Below are positions 54,486 through 64,000 of a DNA stretch of 64,000 bases, piece after piece. Both the position numbers and the translations under genes were made by a program. The notes under the pieces were generated by a model. It was not told where the DNA came from. It was given only the letters and a program-made list of their open reading frames with translations, and made no database searches. The stretch is from NCBI GenBank assembly GCA_033442325.1, contig JAWQFM010000002.1, forward strand, positions 2,693,144 to 2,757,143, given 5' to 3'. The DNA comes from Salpingoeca rosetta. Its lineage: Eukaryota; Protista; Choanoflagellata. The number at the start of each line of letters is the position of its first letter. Position 1 is the first letter of the stretch.

Positions 54486-54720
54486 CCCTGCTTGCTTGTC
54501 CTTCTTATTCTGCTGCTTTTTTCTTGCTTGCTTGCTGACCGATTTGTCCCCCAAGCAACACAAACAACAACAAACAGTAACGGTTGCTTGCAGCACCCCA
54601 CCCCCACTCCTCCCTCACCTCACGCCACCCACTCACACCACCCCCACTCCTCACATCACGCCACTCCACATCAACAGTCACCCCCCCCAACTCCTTTCTC
54701 ACACCACCCCGTCGCTGACA

Positions 54721-57700
54721 ATGGCCTCGAGGGTCGGCAGCGCAACAGGCGACGACGGCGGGTTGGAACTGCGCAACGTCTCATCTCCACCCACGCCGCC
54801 AATGGATCTCGCGCAGGATGGCCGCCCGCAGTCCCGGCGCATCGCATCGGTCGTGCGCCGCGTCTCGCGAAGCGCCCGCCGGGCATCCTCGCCGCTGGTC
54901 CAAAGCGACGGCAGCACAGCCGCTGCCACCGACACCGCCGCTGCCACCGCGACGAGGACATCGACGCCGCTCACAGCCACAACAGCGTTTTCGGTGCGCA
55001 CCACGCCCGACACAACCAAGCCGCGGCACCACAACTACAACGGCAGCGAGGAGGAGGAGGAGGACGACGACGACGAGGACGGATCGGCAGATGCAGAGGC
55101 AGTGACGCCCGGAAAGCTGGATGGCCACCTTGGGCACATCGAGACGGTGGTCGCCTGCTCGGACTCGCTGGCGCTCTCGGGTGCGGCAGACGGCGTGGTC
55201 AAGGTGTGGCGCATCGCCGATGATGGCCTGGAGCGCATCGCCGAGCTCAAGGGCCACGCAGAGGGCATCACGCAGGTGGTGCAGACCACAGATGGCACGC
55301 GCGCAATTACGCTCAGCAGCGACGAGCTGGTGCTCAAGGTGTGGGATTTATCGACGCGCAAGTGCCTGCGCACGTTTGACTTCTTTGAGTACCGCCAACA
55401 GGAGGAGGAGCACGCAGAGCCGTTTGGTGAGAGCGACGTCGATGGCCACCACGCGCCAACAACAACAACATCAGCAACAGCAACAACAGCGACAGCAACA
55501 AGACCATCCAAGGCAACGCCAGGGTCTCCAATCCATGTGAAACGCACATCAAAGCACAAGGGCCGGCACACGGTGCATGCACGCAAGAGTGGCGCGGACA
55601 GCAGCCATTCAAATCAAAGCGGAAGCGGCGGTGGTACGAATACGAAAGCGAACAGCAAGGGCAGTGCCAATGCTAATGCTGGTACTGGTGTTGGCGGTGA
55701 TGAAAACGCTGATGATGCTGATGATGATGACGATGCCGATGATGACGACGACGAGGATGATGAGCTGGATGTTGACGCTGCTCATTCAGACACGCCGACC
55801 AGCCGCGCTGGCGGCAGCGGTGGCGGGCGACCGCCATGGAGGCAGGTGCGCATTGCGCCACCGCATCCTCCACATGGCAGCAAGAACACGACAGCAGCGG
55901 TGCCAGCGGCAACCAGCAAGGACATTGAGGTGGAGATTGATGCGTGGGTGACGACGATGGTGCTGTCTGCGGACAACAGCACGCTGTATGTGGCTGCCGG
56001 TGATCCGCCAAAGATCTACGCCTGGGATCTGAACACGTTCGTGTGGGAGCCCGTGGTTACAGAGGCCACGGGCATCGTGCAGTGCATGGCCATTGACGCG
56101 ACGCACAACCGCTTGTTCACCGCCACAGACACGGGCATGGTGGATGTGTGGGCGCTGCCGCCGCCCAAGGCATCAACGCCGTCGGCGCCGCTCAGGCACG
56201 TGGCCACCCTGCCTGCGTTTGCCGACAAGAAGAAGACGAAGAAGACTGCGGTGTGGTGGATTGCCGCTGCGCCCGACGGCACGTTTGTTGCGGCCGGCGG
56301 TGCGAGCAAGCACGTGCTGGTGTGGTCCAGCGACAGCGTGGCCGCAGCCATCAAGCGGGGCAGCGCAACAAGGACATCAGCAACAGCAGCAGCGACCACA
56401 GCAGCAACAGCAGCAGCGGAGGTGGTGGGCGTCGCAGCGGTGATCAAGGGCCACGGCACGCATGTGTGCTGCGGCATCATCTCTGCGGACTCGAACCGGC
56501 TGGTGACGGGAGACCAGACGGGCATCATCAAGGCGTGGTCGCTGCGGGAAGGCTTCCCCTGCGAGGCCACGCTGCCTGGCCACCGGTACGCGGTGTTGAG
56601 CGTGGCGCTGTCGCCGAGCGGGCGGACACTCGTCTCCGGCGGCGAGGCGTCGGAGCTGCGGGTGTGGGACATGGATGCGCTTGAGTGCAAAGGCGTCATG
56701 TGGTCGGTGAAGAAGATGATGCTGGACTTTATCCGCACGGAGCCCTCGCACGCGCTGGCCATGGCGCAGGAAGCGGAATTCCCTGGCCGCCACCTGGCCA
56801 GCGTGCGGCTGGCGCTGTTCCGGGCGGCGCTTGGCGCGGACACGGCGCTGGTGCTCAAGCTTGCAGAGGGCCTGTTTGCGCTGGAGGAGGCCGAGGTGGA
56901 GGCTGGGGCGCCACGCGCGCGCCTTCGCCCGGGCGAGTTTGCCGTGGTCGACCCGCACCTGCTTGATCGCCCAAAGCGGCTGCGGGCGCAGCTGTCGCGG
57001 CAGGAGGACCGCAAGGCGACGCGTGTTGCCACGCGGCCGCTGGTGCTGGACATGCACCAGCTGTGCGGGGAGCCGGGGGAGCGCAACACGCTCTTCTCCG
57101 AGCTGGTGGACAGCAACACGCCCGAGCTGTTCCAGTTCCTGCCGCTGCGCGCGGCGGTGCACTACCGGTGGACGCTGCAGGGCCGGGCATGGTTCCTGAT
57201 TGAGACGGCACTGTACCTGGCGACGCTTGGGCTGCTGGTTGCGTTGTCGCTGACGACGACGGATTGGCGGCAGCCGCCGACGGGGGCAGACGCCGGGCTG
57301 ACGATTGCGCTGCTTGTGCTCTTTGCCACGCTGCTTCTGGACGAGCTGCTACAGCTGATCACGCGCCCGCGCACGTACTTCACCGACATGTGGAACATAC
57401 TTGACCTTGGGCGAGGCGGCCTCATGTGCGCGTTCTGCGTGCTGCGCTTGCTTGGCGACGGAAACGCGCGCACGCCGCTGGCGGTGGTGGTGCTGCTGCA
57501 GTGGGTTGGCCTGCTGTACTTCCTGCTGCCCTTCAAGAACCTTGGCCCGATTGTGATCATGGTCATCCGCATCCTCCAGGACACGTATGTGTTCCTCGGG
57601 CTGCTGATCATTGTTGTGCTTGGCGCGACCAACAGCTTCTTTGTGTTCTTCCGGGGCTCTGGCGGCGGCACGGGCTTCTCCGACATTGCGCTGGGCGCGT

Positions 57701-58323
57701 TCACCACGGCCAACATGGTGCTGTTTGGCGACTACGACCAGTCTGTGTTTGTGGACAGCTCGGACTCGCTGGCGTCGCGGATTGTGTTTCTGGCGGTGAT
57801 GTTTCTCTCGCTGGTGATCCTGCTGAACCTGCTGATTGCCATCCTGTCCGACTCGTACGAGCGCGTGCAGCAGAACTCGATGCACGAGCTGACGCTGGCC
57901 AAGGCGCGCATCCTGGAGGGCCAGTACCAGTCCATTCAGCGCTGGGCCAGCCAGTTTGTGCTGGTGACGCTGCTTCTGCCGCTGCTGGTGCTGTCGTCCC
58001 TTGTTGGGCTGCTCACGTTTGGGCACTGCGGGCATCGGCTGCTGGCTGTGGGGCAGTGGTTGCAGGGCATTTTCCTGCCGCGCAAGTGGCCGCAGCACCT
58101 GCTCGTTCTGATTCCGCAGGGGACCGAGCAGGGCGAAACGCCGCGGCACGAGTGGCAGGGCGTCCTGAACGAGCTCAAGACGTGCGTGCGCGTGTATCAT
58201 GGGGACACAACCAATGCGGTGGCGCATCTCCAGAGCAAGGTCAACACGGTTGAGCGGCGCCTCGATGCCATCGAACAGCGCATCACGGCCCTCCTCGACC
58301 GCCTCCATCCCCGCCAGCCCTAA
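54721..58323 (+). CDS. WD40-repeat TRP-like cation channel (TRPW-type), 1200 aa, intronless
   Basis: GH...WD repeats (GHLGHIE..VKVWR; GHAEGI..LKVWDL; GHGTHV..IKAWSL; GHRYAV..LRVWDM), then YFTDMWNILDL, LGPIVIMVIRILQD, pore FTTANMVLFGDYD, S6 VILLNLLIAILSDSYERV and a C-terminal coiled coil. Confidence 0.9.
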   Translation: MASRVGSATGDDGGLELRNVSSPPTPPMDLAQDGRPQSRRIASVVRRVSRSARRASSPLVQSDGSTAAATDTAAATATRTSTPLTATTAFSVRTTPDTTKPRHHNYNGSEEEEEDDDDEDGSADAEAVTPGKLDGHLGHIETVVACSDSLALSGAADGVVKVWRIADDGLERIAELKGHAEGITQVVQTTDGTRAITLSSDELVLKVWDLSTRKCLRTFDFFEYRQQEEEHAEPFGESDVDGHHAPTTTTSATATTATATRPSKATPGSPIHVKRTSKHKGRHTVHARKSGADSSHSNQSGSGGGTNTKANSKGSANANAGTGVGGDENADDADDDDDADDDDDEDDELDVDAAHSDTPTSRAGGSGGGRPPWRQVRIAPPHPPHGSKNTTAAVPAATSKDIEVEIDAWVTTMVLSADNSTLYVAAGDPPKIYAWDLNTFVWEPVVTEATGIVQCMAIDATHNRLFTATDTGMVDVWALPPPKASTPSAPLRHVATLPAFADKKKTKKTAVWWIAAAPDGTFVAAGGASKHVLVWSSDSVAAAIKRGSATRTSATAAATTAATAAAEVVGVAAVIKGHGTHVCCGIISADSNRLVTGDQTGIIKAWSLREGFPCEATLPGHRYAVLSVALSPSGRTLVSGGEASELRVWDMDALECKGVMWSVKKMMLDFIRTEPSHALAMAQEAEFPGRHLASVRLALFRAALGADTALVLKLAEGLFALEEAEVEAGAPRARLRPGEFAVVDPHLLDRPKRLRAQLSRQEDRKATRVATRPLVLDMHQLCGEPGERNTLFSELVDSNTPELFQFLPLRAAVHYRWTLQGRAWFLIETALYLATLGLLVALSLTTTDWRQPPTGADAGLTIALLVLFATLLLDELLQLITRPRTYFTDMWNILDLGRGGLMCAFCVLRLLGDGNARTPLAVVVLLQWVGLLYFLLPFKNLGPIVIMVIRILQDTYVFLGLLIIVVLGATNSFFVFFRGSGGGTGFSDIALGAFTTANMVLFGDYDQSVFVDSSDSLASRIVFLAVMFLSLVILLNLLIAILSDSYERVQQNSMHELTLAKARILEGQYQSIQRWASQFVLVTLLLPLLVLSSLVGLLTFGHCGHRLLAVGQWLQGIFLPRKWPQHLLVLIPQGTEQGETPRHEWQGVLNELKTCVRVYHGDTTNAVAHLQSKVNTVERRLDAIEQRITALLDRLHPRQP

Positions 58324-58343
58324 AGACTGTTTCTTCTGCATGG

Positions 58344-58442
58344 TGCTGTTTTGTGTGCTGTTTTGTGTGCTGTTTTGTGTGCTGTTTTGTGTGCTGTTTT
58401 GTGTGCTGTTTTGTGTGCTGTTTTGTGTGCTGTTTTGTGTGC
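58344..58442. repeat. 12-bp tandem repeat (gtgctgttttgt) x ~8 in the channel 3' region
   Basis: Direct reading. Confidence 0.88.
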
Positions 58443-59097
58443 ATAACAGTAGCAGTAGCAGTAGCAGTAGCAGTGGCGGTAGCAGTAGCAGTGGCGGGGG
58501 AAGAGGAGGAAGTGTGGGGGGGGGGCGTTAAGCGGTTGTTGGTGTTTGTTGTTGAGATGTGGAAGCCTTTGTGTTTGCCTTTGCCCTTTTGTTTTCTGAT
58601 AGCTGATTCCATGCAATTTTACGGGACGGAACTGCTGAAATTTTTTAAAATTTTTGCAGAATAGAAAAAACCCACAAGTGTGCAAACTGAATCAATTTTA
58701 TGATATGTTAGAGCGCTTTGTGAGAAGAGCATCTTTGCGCAGAGGCAAGACGGCGCGCAGTGAGGTGCAAACCGAGCGGCTGTTTTTGCTGATTGAAAAC
58801 TTTCAGTTCCAATACCCCGGGCTGGCTTCATTGCTTGACCCAATATTTGGAAACCGAAAGGTTAAACCCCTCTCAACACAAAACAAAGAAATGTACCTGA
58901 AGATGGCTTTTGCAGCCTTCTGCGTGTGTCTGTATGTGTGTGTGTCTGTGTCATTCCATTGCATCACAACAGCTATCACCATCGTCACAACCATCATCAT
59001 CATCATCGTTTACAGCGAGGAACGCAACAAGAGCACATGTCATGAGGAGTGTAACAGAAAAAGCAGTACTGACAAAGGAGAGTGCACCCCGGTCAAT

Positions 59098-62227
<3,130 letters not shown>

Positions 62228-62340
62228 CCTCCTGGTGGGTTGGCTGGTTGTCGTGGCAGACACTTTGGGTTGTTTGTTGTTTGTGTGTTTGCGTCAGAAG
62301 CCGCTTTTGGCGTCATGCATGATTGCTGTGCTGACTCATC

Positions 62341-62398
<58 letters not shown>

Positions 62399-62661
62399 TT
62401 TGTTTGTGCGATCTCACATGCTTGCTTGTCGCTTGCTGGCGCCTTTGGTGTGGAGTGTCTCTTCGTTGGTGTCATCCTCTCTGACCCCCTTTACTCCTTC
62501 TGCCTCTCCGTTCAAGAATGGTGGTGGCGGGCACAACGGTGTACTGCTCTCAGCCGCACCAGTGCACCACGCGACGCACACAGAGGAACAACAAGACAAG
62601 GGTGAGGAGGGGAAGGAGACAAGACAACGCGCAACATCCACCAACAACAAGGGCCTTGCAC

Positions 62662-62784
62662 TTAGAGGTCCGTCTGGATGAGGCCTGTACAACAGCAAAG
62701 CAGAGCAGGCAGGCAGGCAAGCAAAGCAAGCCAAACGCACATGCGCGTGTGATGCGATGTCATGTGAGTGGGAATCAAAGCTGG

Positions 62785-62817
<33 letters not shown>

Positions 62818-63397
62818 ACAAACACACATGCACCTGCACAAACAAACGGTACACGTGCACACAATCTTTCTCAAGTGCAACATCCACAAAGCAGCTCGAC
62901 ACAGTGCAAGCGACATCTGCTGTCACAACGCTGTGACAACACACAGCCCCATCAAGACAACAACAACAAAACTTCACAGATACGAAAACAACATGCACTC
63001 GTGCCTGCACTGACCAGGAGGAAGCGATTGCCTCAGCTTGTCTGCCTTGTCTTGGTCTGTGACTTTGAGGGTGTACAAGTACCGGCTGCAGCGGACCTTG
63101 AACTTGACGTAGCCCTTGGTCTTCATGATCTTGACGGCTGTGGATCAGCAGCAACAAAACAATCAAGCACGGTGAGTCGGTGGTGCACGGGTTGTACAGA
63201 CGATCAAGCAGGTGAAGTGTGGTGTAACGAGGGGAAAGTGAAGCGCGTCAAGTGGTAGCATATCGGCGACCAAAGACAAGCACACACAAGCACATTCAAA
63301 CACGCAGTCTTTCTCTCCCTCTTGGACTCTCTTGAGCGCAGACACAAACAACAACAGTTACAACAGCGACAACAACTCCCGCCTTGATAACACTCGC

Positions 63398-63429
<32 letters not shown>

Positions 63430-63517
63430 AAGCACAAGGACGACGAGCAAACGCACTCTTCGCGTCCTTGCGGCGCGCGGTCATGAGGAACTCCTTGATC
63501 TCCTTGATCTCCTTAGG
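62662..63517 (-). CDS. RPL38: 60S ribosomal protein L38 (start-codon exon not located)
   Basis: Exons 63517-63457, 63137-63015, 62684-62662: [68 protein letters not shown]. Confidence 0.92.
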
Positions 63518-64000
63518 CTGTGCATGACACGGAACAACAACATGAGCGACACGAACAAGCGGTAGCGCATGATTGGTTGTGAGCACGGATGGATGGCAAA
63601 AAGGAGAAAGGTGGTGCGTGTGGTTGTGTGTGGTTGTTGTTGTGTGTGTGCGATTGTGGTTGTGCGTAAGGGAATAGGGAGGCTTGGGGAGCCATGCGCA
63701 GTTGCCCTCTTCCACCACCACCATCAGCCAGCTCCTGCTGTCTTGGCTGCGCGCACCGCATCTTAAGCACCGCCATCAATCAGTGGCTGTCTCTGTCTCT
63801 TCGAAACAAACGGCCTTGTGCTGATGATGCTTTCTTTGCACGGGGATGACAGAGCGAGGGCGAGCTTGTGCCGTCGTCAAACTCGTCACAGTGGTGCGTT
63901 GTCTCGGATGCCGCATCACTCAATGCAACGTGTCAAACAGCCTTGTCGTTGTTGTTATTAGTTGTTGAAGATGCTGCTTGCGCGGCTCCGCAATGGTGCG

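Noticed and set aside
54424-54720. 99-aa N-terminal extension of the channel ORF in the supplied track
   Set aside because: It overlaps the PTRHD1 start on the opposite strand and the shared promoter; ATG 54721 is the more plausible start.
62685-63456. Possible intronic snoRNAs in RPL38
   Set aside because: No box C (RTGATGA) paired with box D found on the coding strand by eye.
63568-63724. Candidate RPL38 start codons (ATG at 63570 and 63724)
   Set aside because: ATG 63570 is out of frame and has no GT donor; ATG 63724 has only a weak donor. The start exon is left unassigned.

Overview
Eukaryotic genomic DNA: GC-rich exons separated by short GT-AG introns full of (CA)n/(GT)n/(GACA)n microsatellites, with three N gaps. 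This style and the gene content (WD40-TRP channel, H-NOX protein, radial spoke head) suggest a choanoflagellate, most likely Salpingoeca rosetta; this is an inference. About 20 genes can be assembled by hand. In order: 5' part of an H-NOX/soluble guanylate cyclase-like gene, an HSP20-4xCBS fusion, a hypothetical gene, an intronless bZIP-like low-complexity protein, legumain, RSPH4/6, a myristoylated EF-hand/WW kinesin-14, a DD82E Tc1-type transposon with TIRs, actin, cofilin, a DUF2827-like secreted protein, a 4-TM protein, Vps39, RRM1, a PhoD-like phosphatase, MECR, PTRHD1, an intronless WD40-TRP channel, spastin and RPL38. Most ORFs in the six-frame track are translated microsatellites. The best candidate for an undescribed system is the small heat-shock protein fused in frame, within one exon, to a plant KING1-type AMPK-gamma/CBS module, possibly an adenylate-sensing chaperone. 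Next are the Ca2+/membrane-coupled kinesin-14 under a shared RFX-type promoter, the intron-containing bacterial-type DUF2827 gene, and a DD82E transposon with an atypical 3-bp TGA target duplication. All family assignments come from motifs recognised by eye, not from database searches.
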